DNA of 39,994 nucleotides, taken from IMG/VR virus record IMGVR_UViG_2703718828_000004, positions 1 to 39,994 of that record, one strand, 5' to 3'. Source of the stretch: a virus. Its lineage: Duplodnaviria > Heunggongvirae > Uroviricota > Caudoviricetes. The notes below the pieces were generated by a model, which was given only the letters and a program-made list of their open reading frames with translations, searched no databases and had not been told where the DNA came from. How positions within the stretch are numbered: the stretch's first letter is position 1; every line of letters starts with the position of its first letter. This document shows, in pieces, positions 16,600 to 26,298 of the stretch. The position numbers were made by a program, and so were the translations under genes.

Positions 16600-17044
16600 G
16601 CTGGTTATTTCTGCTTTCCTCCTGACTTTATTCGGTTCTCTCGTCTGGTCAGCTAATCATTACCACAATAAAGCCATTGAATACAAAAAACAGCGCGACG
16701 AAAACGCTATGGCATTAGATTCGGCTATGGCGACGATCTCTGATATGCAGAAGCGTCAACGTGACGTAGCAGAACTCGATGCCAGATATACAAAGGAGCT
16801 TGCTGATGCTAACGCGACTATCGAAAGTCTCCGTGCTGATGTTTCTGCTGGTCGTAAGCGCCTGCAAGTCGCCGCCACCTGTGCAAAGTCAACGACCGGA
16901 GCCAGCAGCATGGGCGATGGAGAAAGCCCAGGACTTACAGCAGATGCTGAACTCAATTATTACCGTCTCCGAAGTGGAATCGACAGGATAACCGCGCAGG
17001 TTAACTACCTGCAGGAGTACATCAGGACGCAATGCCTGAAATAA
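16583..17044 (+). CDS. Rz: Spanin inner-membrane subunit Rz (i-spanin)
   Basis: N-terminal TM helix plus coiled-coil region similar to lambda Rz (QRDVAELDARYTKELADA); overlaps the R 3' end. Confidence 0.75.
   Translation: MKLRYKLVISAFLLTLFGSLVWSANHYHNKAIEYKKQRDENAMALDSAMATISDMQKRQRDVAELDARYTKELADANATIESLRADVSAGRKRLQVAATCAKSTTGASSMGDGESPGLTADAELNYYRLRSGIDRITAQVNYLQEYIRTQCLK
16806..16991 (+). CDS. Rz1: Spanin outer-membrane lipoprotein Rz1 (o-spanin), embedded in Rz in another frame
   Basis: Lipobox LVVSAC then Pro-rich KSPPPVQSQRPEPAAW; embedded out-of-frame arrangement as in lambda. Confidence 0.65.
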   Translation: MLTRLSKVSVLMFLLVVSACKSPPPVQSQRPEPAAWAMEKAQDLQQMLNSIITVSEVESTG

Positions 17045-17076
17045 TTTTTTTGCAAATCACAAAGTCAATTTAATGA

Positions 17077-17099
17077 GCCTCGCGATGCGGGGCTTTTTT
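17077..17099 (+). terminator. Terminator after the lysis cassette
   Basis: Stem GCCTCGC/GCGGGGC followed by TTTTTT. Confidence 0.5.
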
Positions 17100-17242
17100 A
17101 TGTCCGCAGTAAACGCGCATCTCACGCGCATATTAACGAGAGCCTTTCAGTAAGCGAGCCTGAGAAATGCCGTTATAGGTGGCGACCTCTCTCGGGCGGC
17201 TTTTCTGTGAGACAGGCTCACTTTCTAAAAGGTAAAGACGCT

Positions 17243-17761
17243 ATGAATCATCAATTGGCTAATCTCGATTTCCGGGACATGGTGGTTGTTTCTGGTGATC
17301 GCGTGATCACAACCTCCCGCAAGGTAGCAGCTTACTTCGACAAGCAGCATCACCACATCATTCAGAAAATCGAAAAGCTAGACTGTTCGGATGAATTTCT
17401 AACCAGCAACTTTTCGCGGGTTACCTATGAACACAAGGGTAATCAGTATGTTGAATATGAAATTTCCAAAGACGGCGCGATGTACATCATCATGTCGTTT
17501 ACCGGCAAAAAAGCTGCCGCCATCAAAGAGGCGTTTATCAAAGCATTTAATTGGATGCGTGACAGGCTGATGGAGATGGCTCACTCATACCAAAGAGAGC
17601 ACAACGAGTTAATGCTGGAGTTCATGAAGGAAAAGGATGTTGCCAGTATGTCAGGACGCTTGCTGAACCGCTGGGGCAGGATCAAAAAACCGCAACTCAT
17701 AGCAAGAATCGAAAGGCTTGAGCAGCAGGCGCAAATATCGATCCCCGGACTGCCAAAGTGA
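17243..17761 (+). CDS. Rha-family phage regulatory protein (about 172 aa)
   Basis: N-terminal Rha-like region VITTSRKVAAYFDKQHHHIIQKIEKL; occupies the lambda bor position. Confidence 0.6.
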   Translation: MNHQLANLDFRDMVVVSGDRVITTSRKVAAYFDKQHHHIIQKIEKLDCSDEFLTSNFSRVTYEHKGNQYVEYEISKDGAMYIIMSFTGKKAAAIKEAFIKAFNWMRDRLMEMAHSYQREHNELMLEFMKEKDVASMSGRLLNRWGRIKKPQLIARIERLEQQAQISIPGLPK

Positions 17762-18114
17762 CCATTCCAAAGCCCATCTACGGGTGGGCTTGATAATGAA
17801 ACCGGAATTTATTCTGGGCAACCAGTTACGGCAGTACAGCGAAACAACCCAAGCCAGTAAGTGGGGAAATAACACTGGCAGCCACTGAAAGATGAACCTC
17901 CAGCCTTATGGCAAAAAAGATTCTTTGTGGTGGCGGACTGATGGAAAGACATCGGTTATTGCAGAGACCATTCAATGAGTGGTCTCGACAATGGCTTATA
18001 CCCTGCACGGGATAACTTAACTGATATCCCTTTTAACGGATAAACGGAGCCAACAATGGCAGAGAATGTCGGCATTATGGCAGTGAAATTTGGATAAATC
18101 GGAGATTAGTACAT

Positions 18115-18465
18115 ATGCCGCCACGAATCCCAAAAGCCTGCCGTGCTCGAGGTTGCCGTAATACCACGACAGACCCGTCAGGCTACTGCGAAAGCCACAA
18201 AAGCGAAGGCTGGAAGCAATACAAGCCAGGACAATCCCGTCATCAGCGCGGCTACGGTTCGAAGTGGGACGTTATCCGTGCGCGTGTGCTGAAACGAGAC
18301 AACGGCCTGTGTCAGTTATGTCTGCGTGCCGGTGTGGTGCGTGAAGCTAAAACCGTTGACCACATCATCCCTAAAGCGCATGGCGGCACCGATGCAGACA
18401 GTAATCTGCAGAGCCTGTGCTGGCCGTGCCATAAGGCGAAGACGGCCCGTGAACGGCTGAAGTAA
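18115..18465 (+). CDS. HNH endonuclease, terminase-associated (116 aa)
   Basis: Zn-finger cysteines and HNH motif VDHIIPKAHGGTDADSNLQSLCWPCH; sits directly upstream of terS, as in HK97-type cos phages. Confidence 0.8.
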   Translation: MPPRIPKACRARGCRNTTTDPSGYCESHKSEGWKQYKPGQSRHQRGYGSKWDVIRARVLKRDNGLCQLCLRAGVVREAKTVDHIIPKAHGGTDADSNLQSLCWPCHKAKTARERLK

Positions 18466-18590
18466 GAATCAGTTCCCACTGACAGAGGGGAGGGGCGGGT
18501 CAAATCCCTGTGACCTGACGTCTTCCGGACTGCCCGCCCCATCGTTTTTTTATACCCGCGAAAAATGAAATTTAACCAGGAGTGCCGCAT
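18466..18590. other. Putative cos / packaging-site region
   Basis: GC-rich inverted repeat GGGGCGGG...CCCGCCCC followed by a T-run, between the HNH gene and terS; by analogy to HK97 genome ends. Confidence 0.3.
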
Positions 18591-19085
18591 ATGGCTGGAA
18601 CGGCGGGGCGTTCCGGGCGTCGCCCCAAGCCAACGGCGCGCAAGGCGCTGGCCGGAAACCCCGGCAAGCGAGCCCTGAATAAAGATGAACCTGTTTTTAC
18701 GCCCATCAAAGGTGTTGAGCCACCGGAGTGGTTCGCAGAAGAAGATCTCCCTCTCGCCACGATCATGTGGCAACTGACAACCAAAGAACTCTGCGGTCAG
18801 GGCCTGCTGTGCGTGACTGACCTGGCGGTACTTGAGCGGTGGTGCGTGGCCTATGAGTTCTGGCGACGTGCCGTGAAAAATATTGCCAGACAGGGCAACA
18901 CCATCACCGGTGCAATGGGTGGCATGGTCAAAAATCCGGAGCTGACCGCCAAGAAAGAACAGGAGTCCGAGATGAGCAGCACGGGGGCAATGCTCGGACT
19001 CGACCCCAGCAGCCGCCAGCGTCTGATTGGCCTGGCGGGGCAGAAGAAAGCCACTAACCCGTTTCTGAAAATCATCGAATCATGA
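18591..19085 (+). CDS. Terminase small subunit (P27 family)
   Basis: N-terminal [30 protein letters not shown] typical of P27-family TerS; AGGAG RBS. Confidence 0.8.
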   Translation: MAGTAGRSGRRPKPTARKALAGNPGKRALNKDEPVFTPIKGVEPPEWFAEEDLPLATIMWQLTTKELCGQGLLCVTDLAVLERWCVAYEFWRRAVKNIARQGNTITGAMGGMVKNPELTAKKEQESEMSSTGAMLGLDPSSRQRLIGLAGQKKATNPFLKIIES

Positions 19086-20815
19086 GCCGGAAATCTTACC
19101 CCAACGTAAATGCTGCCAATCAGTATGCCCGTGATGTTGTGCGCGGAAAGATTGTGGCCTGCCAGTTTGTGATTCAGGCCTGCCAGCGCCATCTTGATGA
19201 CCTGATGGCGGAAAAAAGTAAGTCGTTTCGTTACCGCTTCGATAAGGACCTGGCTGAACGGGCCGCCAAATTTATTCAGCTGTTGCCGCACACCAAGGGT
19301 GAGTGGGCATTCAAGAGGATGCCCATCACGCTGGAGCCGTGGCAGCTATTTGTGATCTGCTGTGCGTTTGGCTGGGTCAATAAAGGCACCCGGTTGCGCC
19401 GCTTCCGGGAGGTGTACACCGAAATCCCCCGTAAGAACGGCAAATCAGCAATCTCTGCCGGTGTTGCCCTGTATTGTTTTGCCTGTGATAACGAGTTTGG
19501 CGCGGAAGTGTATTCCGGTGCCACGACAGAGAAACAGGCGTGGGAAGTCTTTCGCCCGGCGCGACTGATGTGTAAACGCACACCCATGCTGACGGAAGCG
19601 TTCGGGATTGAGGTTAACGCCTCAAACATGAACCGTCCGGAGGATGGCGCGCGGTTTGAACCGCTGATCGGTAACCCCGGTGATGGTTCATCACCCCACT
19701 GTGCGGTGGTTGATGAATATCATGAGCACGCCACCGATGCGCTTTATACCACGATGCTTACCGGGATGGGCGCGCGACGTCAGCCACTGATGTGGGCCAT
19801 CACCACCGCCGGGTACAACATTGAGGGGCCGTGCTACGACAAGCGGCGGGAAGTTATCGAGATGCTCAACGGTTCGGTACCCAACGATGAACTGTTCGGG
19901 ATCATCTATACCGTTGACGAAGGTGACGACTGGACCGACCCGCAGGTGCTGGAAAAAGCCAATCCAAATATTGGCGTGTCGGTTTATCGCGAATTTTTGT
20001 TAAGTCAGCAGCAGCGTGCGAAAAATAACGCCCGTCTGGCAAACGTCTTTAAAACAAAACACCTCAATATCTGGGTGTCGGCGCGTTCGGCGTATTTCAA
20101 CCTGGTGAGCTGGCAGAGCTGCGAGGATAAATCACTGACCCTTGAGCAGTTCGAGGGGCAGCCGTGCATTCTGGCCTTTGACCTGGCGCGTAAGCTGGAT
20201 ATGAACAGCATGGCGCGACTTTATACCCGCGAGATTGACGGTAAAACGCATTACTACAGTGTGGCCCCGCGTTTCTGGGTACCGTATGACACGGTGTACA
20301 GCGTCGAGAAAAATGAAGATCGACGGACAGCCGAACGCTTTCAGAAATGGGTGGAAATGGGCGTTCTGACCGTTACCGATGGTGCGGAAGTGGATTATCG
20401 CTACATCCTCGAGGAGGCCAAAGCGGCGAACAAAATCAGCCCGGTCAGTGAGTCACCCATCGACCCCTTCGGGGCGACCGGGCTGTCACATGACCTTGCT
20501 GATGAAGACCTGAACCCCATCACTATCATTCAGAACTACACCAACATGTCCGATCCGATGAAAGAGCTGGAAGCGGCAATTGAATCGGGGCGCTTTCATC
20601 ATGATGGCAATCCCATTATGACCTGGTGTATCGGCAACGTGGTCGGCAAAACCATTCCGGGTAACGATGATGTGGTGAAGCCCGTCAAAGAGCAGGCGGA
20701 AAACAAAATCGATGGTGCAGTTGCGCTGATTATGGCGGTTGGCAGAGCCATGCTGTACGAGAAAGAAGACACGCTGTCTGATCACATTGAGTCCTACGGG
20801 ATCCGCTCGCTTTAA
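19082..20815 (+). CDS. Terminase large subunit (HK97-type, 577 aa)
   Basis: Size, position and an ATPase/nuclease-like acidic motif (CAVVDEYHE); start overlaps the terS stop. Confidence 0.85.
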   Translation: MSRKSYPNVNAANQYARDVVRGKIVACQFVIQACQRHLDDLMAEKSKSFRYRFDKDLAERAAKFIQLLPHTKGEWAFKRMPITLEPWQLFVICCAFGWVNKGTRLRRFREVYTEIPRKNGKSAISAGVALYCFACDNEFGAEVYSGATTEKQAWEVFRPARLMCKRTPMLTEAFGIEVNASNMNRPEDGARFEPLIGNPGDGSSPHCAVVDEYHEHATDALYTTMLTGMGARRQPLMWAITTAGYNIEGPCYDKRREVIEMLNGSVPNDELFGIIYTVDEGDDWTDPQVLEKANPNIGVSVYREFLLSQQQRAKNNARLANVFKTKHLNIWVSARSAYFNLVSWQSCEDKSLTLEQFEGQPCILAFDLARKLDMNSMARLYTREIDGKTHYYSVAPRFWVPYDTVYSVEKNEDRRTAERFQKWVEMGVLTVTDGAEVDYRYILEEAKAANKISPVSESPIDPFGATGLSHDLADEDLNPITIIQNYTNMSDPMKELEAAIESGRFHHDGNPIMTWCIGNVVGKTIPGNDDVVKPVKEQAENKIDGAVALIMAVGRAMLYEKEDTLSDHIESYGIRSL

Positions 20816-20826
20816 CTGAGGTAATT

Positions 20827-21009
20827 ATGATCATGCTGATTCTCGCGCCTCTGGTGGGCGTGCTGGGTGCGCTTTTGCTGGCGTATGGTGCCTGGCTGAT
20901 TTATCCCCCGGCGGGGTTTGTTGTTGCCGGGGCGCTGTGCCTGTTCTGGTCGTGGCTGGTGGCGCGATATCTCGACCGTACACAGCCGTCTGTCGGCGGA
21001 GGTAAATAG
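20827..21009 (+). CDS. Hypothetical small membrane protein (60 aa)
   Basis: Two hydrophobic helices; lies between terL and portal with an RBS. Confidence 0.4.
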   Translation: MIMLILAPLVGVLGALLLAYGAWLIYPPAGFVVAGALCLFWSWLVARYLDRTQPSVGGGK

Positions 21010-22250
21010 TGTTCTTTTCGGGATTATTTCAACGAAAAAGTGACGCACCGGTGACCACGCCAGCAGAGCTGGCGGATGCTATCGGGCTGTCATATGACAC
21101 CTATACCGGAAAGCAGATCAGCAGCCAGCGGGCCATGCGACTGACGGCGGTTTTTTCCTGCGTCAGGGTGCTGGCTGAGTCGGTCGGGATGTTGCCCTGC
21201 AACCTGTATCACCTGAACGGCAGCCTGAAGCAGAGAGCCACTGGCGAACGTCTGCATAAGCTGATCTCCACGCATCCCAATGGCTATATGACGCCGCAGG
21301 AGTTCTGGGAGCTGGTGGTCACCTGTCTGTGCCTGCGGGGAAACTTTTACGCCTACAAAGTGAAAGCATTTGGCGAAGTGGCTGAACTGCTGCCCGTCGA
21401 TCCCGGTTGTGTGGTACCGAAGCTTAACAGTAGCTGGGAACCGGTTTACCAGGTCACATTTCCGGACGGCTCCACGGATGTACTGAGCCAGGAGGATATC
21501 TGGCATGTGCGCACGCTGACGCTGGACGGACTGGTGGGGCTGAATCCCATCGCCTATGCCCGCGAGGCAATATCGCTGGCGGCAGCGACCGAAGAGCACG
21601 GGGCCAGACTGTTCAGCAATGGCGCGGTAACGTCGGGTGTGTTGCGTACAGAGCAGACGCTGTCAGATCAGGCTTATGAGCGCCTGAAGAAAGATTTTGA
21701 GGAGCGTCACACCGGGCTTGGCAATGCTCACCGCCCGATGATCCTTGAGATGGGGCTGGACTGGAAGTCGATGGCGCTGAACGCCGAGGACAGCCAGTTC
21801 CTGGAAACCCGCAAGTTTCAGCTTGAAGAAATCTGTCGTCTGTTCCGGGTGCCGTTGCACATGGTGCAGAACACCGATCGCGCCACCTTCAACAATATCG
21901 AAGAGCTGGGGCTTGGATTTATCAACTATTCACTGGTGCCGTATCTGACCCGCATCGAACAGCGGATCAACACCGGACTGGTACGAAAAAGTAAGCAGGG
22001 CGTTTATTACGCCAAATTTAACGCCGGGGCGTTACTGCGCGGGGATATGAAGTCCCGTTTTGAAGCCTACGCCACCGGGATCAACTGGGGAATTTACTCT
22101 CCCAATGACTGCCGCGACCTGGAAGATATGAATCCGCGTCCCGGTGGTGATGTCTATCTCACACCGATGAACATGACCACGAAACCCTCCGATGGCAGTA
22201 AGGCCGGTAAGCAGAAGGATAACGCCAATGCAGACGAAACAACGTCTTGA
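21009..22250 (+). CDS. Portal protein (HK97 family, GTG start)
   Basis: Size and position after terminase; GGAGG RBS before the GTG. Confidence 0.8.
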   Translation: MFFSGLFQRKSDAPVTTPAELADAIGLSYDTYTGKQISSQRAMRLTAVFSCVRVLAESVGMLPCNLYHLNGSLKQRATGERLHKLISTHPNGYMTPQEFWELVVTCLCLRGNFYAYKVKAFGEVAELLPVDPGCVVPKLNSSWEPVYQVTFPDGSTDVLSQEDIWHVRTLTLDGLVGLNPIAYAREAISLAAATEEHGARLFSNGAVTSGVLRTEQTLSDQAYERLKKDFEERHTGLGNAHRPMILEMGLDWKSMALNAEDSQFLETRKFQLEEICRLFRVPLHMVQNTDRATFNNIEELGLGFINYSLVPYLTRIEQRINTGLVRKSKQGVYYAKFNAGALLRGDMKSRFEAYATGINWGIYSPNDCRDLEDMNPRPGGDVYLTPMNMTTKPSDGSKAGKQKDNANADETTS

Positions 22251-22878
22251 TGTACCGCTGAGTCTGAAATCTGTCAGTGACTCCGGTGAGTTTGAAGGGT
22301 ATGGCTCCGTCTTTGGTGTAAAGGACAGCCACGATGATGTGGTGATGTCCGGGGCATTTGCTGCTTCCCTGCGGGCGTGGAGTGACAGAAAAGCGTTACC
22401 TGCGCTGCTCTGGCAGCACCGCATGGATGAACCCATCGGTGTTTACACTGAAATGAAGGAAGACGATGTCGGGCTTTACGTCAGGGGACGGTTGCTTATT
22501 GATGATGATCCCCTCGCAAAACGCGCACATGCACACATGAAGGCCGGTTCGTTAACCGGCCTTTCTATTGGGTACGTCCTGAAAGACTGGGAATACGACC
22601 GGAGCAAAGAAGCCTTTCTGCTGAAAGAAATCGACCTCTGGGAAGTCAGCCTGGTGACGTTCCCGTCTAACGACGAGGCGCGGATCAGCGACGTCAAGAA
22701 CGCACTGGCCCGCGGGGAAATCCCCGAACAGAAAAAAATCGAAAGAGTCCTGCGTGATGTCGGACTCTCCCGTACCCAGGCCAAAGCATTCATGGCCGGG
22801 GGCTATGGCGCACTGTCCCTGCGCGACGCTGAGGATGTGGGCTCTGCACTGAATGCACTGAAAAATCTGAACTTCTAA
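22228..22878 (+). CDS. Prohead maturation protease (HK97 family)
   Basis: Position between portal and capsid; N-terminal region typical of HK97-type prohead proteases. Confidence 0.75.
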   Translation: MQTKQRLDVPLSLKSVSDSGEFEGYGSVFGVKDSHDDVVMSGAFAASLRAWSDRKALPALLWQHRMDEPIGVYTEMKEDDVGLYVRGRLLIDDDPLAKRAHAHMKAGSLTGLSIGYVLKDWEYDRSKEAFLLKEIDLWEVSLVTFPSNDEARISDVKNALARGEIPEQKKIERVLRDVGLSRTQAKAFMAGGYGALSLRDAEDVGSALNALKNLNF

Positions 22879-22892
22879 TCAGGAGAAATACG

Positions 22893-24098
22893 ATGGCGGT
22901 TGATATTAAAGATGTCGAACAGGTCGCGCAGGAGCTGCAGCAGAAGTTTGACGACTTCAAAGCAAAGAACGACAAGCGCGTGGATGCGATTGAGCAGGAA
23001 AAAGGCAAGCTTGCCGGGCAGGTGGAAACCCTGAACGGGAAACTCAGCGAGCTGGAAAATCTCAAAAGCGATCTTGAAAAAGAGCTGCTTGAGCTGAAAC
23101 GTCCGGCAGGTGGCGCGCAAAATAAACTGGCCACCGAGCATAAAGAAGCGTTTGTGGGCTTTTTGCGTAAAGGCCGTGAAGACGGTCTGCGCGATCTGGA
23201 GCGTAAGGCATTGCAGGTGGGCACCGATGAAGACGGTGGCTATGCCGTGCCGGAAGCACTGGATCGCAACATTCTCACCCTGCTGAAAGATGAAGTGGTG
23301 ATGCGCCAGGAAGCCACGGTAATCACTGTTGGCGGTTCCGACTACAAAAAACTGGTGAATCTGGGCGGCACGGCTTCCGGATGGGTTGGCGAGACTGACG
23401 CGCGCTCCCAGACCGCCAACTCAAAACTGGGACTGATTGAACCTTTCATGGGGGAAATCTACGGTAACCCGCAGGCCACCCAGAAAATGCTGGATGATGC
23501 CTTCTTCAACGTAGAGGCCTGGATCAACAGCGAGCTGGCAACCGAATTTGCCGAACAGGAAGAAATTGCCTTTACCACTGGTGATGGCACCAAGAAGCCG
23601 AAAGGGTTCCTGGCGTATGAGTCCACGGATGAAACCGATAAGGTCCGGGCGTTCGGCAAACTTCAGCATATTGTATCCGGTGAAGCGACGGCAGTGACCG
23701 CTGATGCCATTATCAAACTGATTTACACGCTGCGTAAGGCACACCGCACCGGTGCGAAGTTCATGATGAACAACAACAGCCTGTTTGCCATTCGTCTGCT
23801 GAAAGACACCGAGGGTAACTATCTGTGGCGTCCGGGGCTGGAACTGGGGCAGCCGTCCTCTCTGGCGGGTTACGGTATCGCTGAAAACGAGCAGATGCCG
23901 GATATCGCCGCGGATGCGAAAGCCATTGCATTTGGTAACTTCAAACGGGGTTACACCATCGTTGACCGTATCGGTACCCGCATTTTGCGCGATCCGTACA
24001 CCAATAAACCGTTTGTCGGTTTTTATACCACCAAGCGCACCGGCGGCATGCTGGTCGATTCGCAGGCCATCAAACTGCTGAAGATTGCTGCTGCGTAA
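22893..24098 (+). CDS. Major capsid protein (HK97 fold, with N-terminal coiled-coil delta domain)
   Basis: 401 aa; N-terminal coiled coil (scaffold-like delta domain) then capsid domain; RBS CAGGAGAAA. Confidence 0.85.
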   Translation: MAVDIKDVEQVAQELQQKFDDFKAKNDKRVDAIEQEKGKLAGQVETLNGKLSELENLKSDLEKELLELKRPAGGAQNKLATEHKEAFVGFLRKGREDGLRDLERKALQVGTDEDGGYAVPEALDRNILTLLKDEVVMRQEATVITVGGSDYKKLVNLGGTASGWVGETDARSQTANSKLGLIEPFMGEIYGNPQATQKMLDDAFFNVEAWINSELATEFAEQEEIAFTTGDGTKKPKGFLAYESTDETDKVRAFGKLQHIVSGEATAVTADAIIKLIYTLRKAHRTGAKFMMNNNSLFAIRLLKDTEGNYLWRPGLELGQPSSLAGYGIAENEQMPDIAADAKAIAFGNFKRGYTIVDRIGTRILRDPYTNKPFVGFYTTKRTGGMLVDSQAIKLLKIAAA

Positions 24099-24147
24099 TC
24101 ACTCAGGGGCGCGGAACCGCGCCCCCTGTTCTGACGGGTGAAGAATC

Positions 24148-24348
24148 ATGATCATGAAACAAGATCTGAAATGGTCACCGGACGGTATGCGTGTTGAGGT
24201 CATTCAGGCCGGTGAGTATGACGACGGGGCGCTTCCTGCCCGGGCGCAGGAGATTGCACTTCAGGCCGGGTTAGCAGAGCGCGGAATCAGTGCAAAAAGC
24301 AGTAAAGCGGCAAAAGAGGAAAAAGCCACGACCAGTAAAGAGGGCTGA
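24148..24348 (+). CDS. Hypothetical head-module protein (66 aa)
   Basis: ORF with RBS directly after the capsid gene; Lys/Ala-rich C terminus. Confidence 0.4.
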   Translation: MIMKQDLKWSPDGMRVEVIQAGEYDDGALPARAQEIALQAGLAERGISAKSSKAAKEEKATTSKEG

Positions 24349-24350
24349 GT

Positions 24351-24674
24351 ATGCTTCTGACAATGGAAGAGATTAAAGCCCAACTCCGGCTGGATGAGGA
24401 TTTCGATACTGATGACCGCCATCTGCAACTGCTGGCATGTGCGGCACAAAAGCGGACGGAAACGTATCTGAACCGGAAGCTCTATGCACCGGATGAAACC
24501 ATTCCGGACAGCGATCCGGACGGGCTGCACCTGCCGGATGATATTCGTCTGGGGATGCTGATGCTTATCAGCCATTTTTACGAAAACCGCTCGTCGGTTA
24601 CGGAAGTGGATAAACTCGACATGCCGCAGAGTTTTGGCTGGCTTGTCGGCCCGTACAGGTACTTTCCGCAATGA
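24351..24674 (+). CDS. Head-tail connector (gp6-like)
   Basis: About 107 aa, position after the capsid gene. Confidence 0.6.
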   Translation: MLLTMEEIKAQLRLDEDFDTDDRHLQLLACAAQKRTETYLNRKLYAPDETIPDSDPDGLHLPDDIRLGMLMLISHFYENRSSVTEVDKLDMPQSFGWLVGPYRYFPQ

Positions 24675-25081
24675 AAATTCGTCAGGCGCAGACCAGCGCA
24701 ACCTACATTCTGCCGGACCCCGGCGAACTGAATAAACGCGTCCTGATCCGCCAGCGGGTGGATATGCCCGCGGATAACTTTGGCGTGGAGCCTCAATACC
24801 CGGTTGCGTTCCGGGCATGGGCGAAGGTTGTCCAGACCAGTGCCACCACCTGGCAGGAAACCGCGCAGACCGGGGACGCCATCACCCATTACATCACCAT
24901 TCGTTACCGCCGGGGGATCACCGCTGATTATGAGGTGGTCTGCGGTGACAGTGTGTACCGGGTGAAACGTCAGCGTGATCTGAACGGGGCGCGGCGCTTT
25001 CTGCTGCTGGAGTGTACGGAGCTGGGCGAATGTAGGCAGAGTCACGGAGGCAGCAATGGCGACTCCCTTTTTTCACGTTGA
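24671..25081 (+). CDS. Head-tail joining / head-closure protein
   Basis: About 136 aa, position and size typical of HK97-type head-tail joining proteins. Confidence 0.5.
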   Translation: MKIRQAQTSATYILPDPGELNKRVLIRQRVDMPADNFGVEPQYPVAFRAWAKVVQTSATTWQETAQTGDAITHYITIRYRRGITADYEVVCGDSVYRVKRQRDLNGARRFLLLECTELGECRQSHGGSNGDSLFSR

Positions 25082-25562
25082 TGTTCAGCAGCCCGCCGAG
25101 ATGCGCTTTAACCGCGCCCGTGTCCGGCGGGCGTTTGTCACGATTGGGCAGCGTCATATGCGTGATGCCCGTCGGCTGGTGATGCGCCGTGCGCGATCGG
25201 CACCGGGTGAAAACCCCGGTTATCAGACCGGACGCCTGGCTCGTTCGATTGGTTATATGGTGCCGAGAGCCAGTAAAAAGCGAGCCGGTTTTATGACACG
25301 CATTGCCCCTAACCAGCGCAACGGGAAGGGGAACCGGATGATCTCTGGTGACTTCTATCCGGCGTTTCTGTTTTTTGGTGTCCGGGGAGGAGCAAAACGT
25401 CGTCGTAGTCATCATCGTGGTGCATCCGGTGGCAGCGGCTGGCGACTGGCTCCACGTAATAACTTCATGGTGGAAACTCTTGAAAAGAACCGCAGCTGGA
25501 CACGCTATTTTCTGGCGCGGGAATTGCGTAAATCACTGAAGCCGGAGCGACGACACAGATGA
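25056..25562 (+). CDS. HK97 gp10-family tail-completion protein
   Basis: Position and size; basic region. Confidence 0.5.
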   Translation: MATPFFHVDVQQPAEMRFNRARVRRAFVTIGQRHMRDARRLVMRRARSAPGENPGYQTGRLARSIGYMVPRASKKRAGFMTRIAPNQRNGKGNRMISGDFYPAFLFFGVRGGAKRRRSHHRGASGGSGWRLAPRNNFMVETLEKNRSWTRYFLARELRKSLKPERRHR

Positions 25563-26119
25563 AACTGACGCCTGTTATTGCTGCGCTGCGTGCCCGCTGC
25601 CCGTATTTTGAAAACCGGGTGGCAGGCGCGGCACAGTTCAAAAATCTGCCGGAGGTCGGAAAGCTGAGACTCCCGGCGGCGTATGTGGTACCGGGTGATG
25701 ACTCTCCGGGAGAAAACAAAAGCCAGACCGACTACTGGCAGGAGCTGAAAGAGGGCTTCTCCGTGGTTGTCATACTGAGTAACGGGCGTGATGAGCGCGG
25801 TCAGTTTGCCTCGTATGATGTGGTGGACGATGTCCGGCAGATGCTCTTTAAGGCCCTGCTGGGCTGGAACCCGGAAGCGTGCGGTAACCCGATTACCTAT
25901 GACGGCGGCACGCTGCTGGATCTGAATCGTCATGAGCTGATTTATCAGTTCGATTTTTCGGTCATCAGCGAGCTGACTGAAGACGATACCCGCCAGCAGG
26001 ATGATCTGAACAGTCTGGATGAACTGCAAACGCTGGCGATTGATGTTGATTATCTCGATCCCGGTAACGGGCCTGACGGCGATATCGAACATCACACCGA
26101 AATAACCCTTCCTTCCTGA
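25559..26119 (+). CDS. Mu gp37-like virion protein (DUF1834-like)
   Basis: Position immediately upstream of the sheath gene. Confidence 0.4.
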   Translation: MKLTPVIAALRARCPYFENRVAGAAQFKNLPEVGKLRLPAAYVVPGDDSPGENKSQTDYWQELKEGFSVVVILSNGRDERGQFASYDVVDDVRQMLFKALLGWNPEACGNPITYDGGTLLDLNRHELIYQFDFSVISELTEDDTRQQDDLNSLDELQTLAIDVDYLDPGNGPDGDIEHHTEITLPS

Positions 26120-26127
26120 GGATCCTC

Positions 26128-26298
26128 ATGTTTGTCAAACCTGTTAAAGGGCGGTCAGTGCCTGACCCTGCCCGCGGCGACCTTTTGCCCGCCGAAGGGC
26201 GAAATGTTGACGAGAACAACTACTGGCTGCGCCGTGAAGCAGCGGGTGATATCCGGCGCGTGAATAAAAAGGTGAACACCGATGACGATAAGCTTTAA
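26128..26298 (+). CDS. Small conserved protein preceding the sheath (56 aa)
   Basis: ORF MFVKPVKGRSVPDPARGDLLPAEGRNVDENNYWLRREAAGDIRRVNKKVNTDDDKL; overlaps the sheath start; below the track cut-off. Confidence 0.4.
   Translation: MFVKPVKGRSVPDPARGDLLPAEGRNVDENNYWLRREAAGDIRRVNKKVNTDDDKL

Noticed and set aside
22790-23224. Long antisense ORFs in the head and tail modules (for example 22790-23224, 24261-24818, 25505-26095, 31560-32057)
   Set aside because: They run antisense to well-supported structural genes in GC-rich DNA, lack RBS and have low-complexity Arg/Ser/Pro-rich translations. They are typical spurious shadow ORFs.
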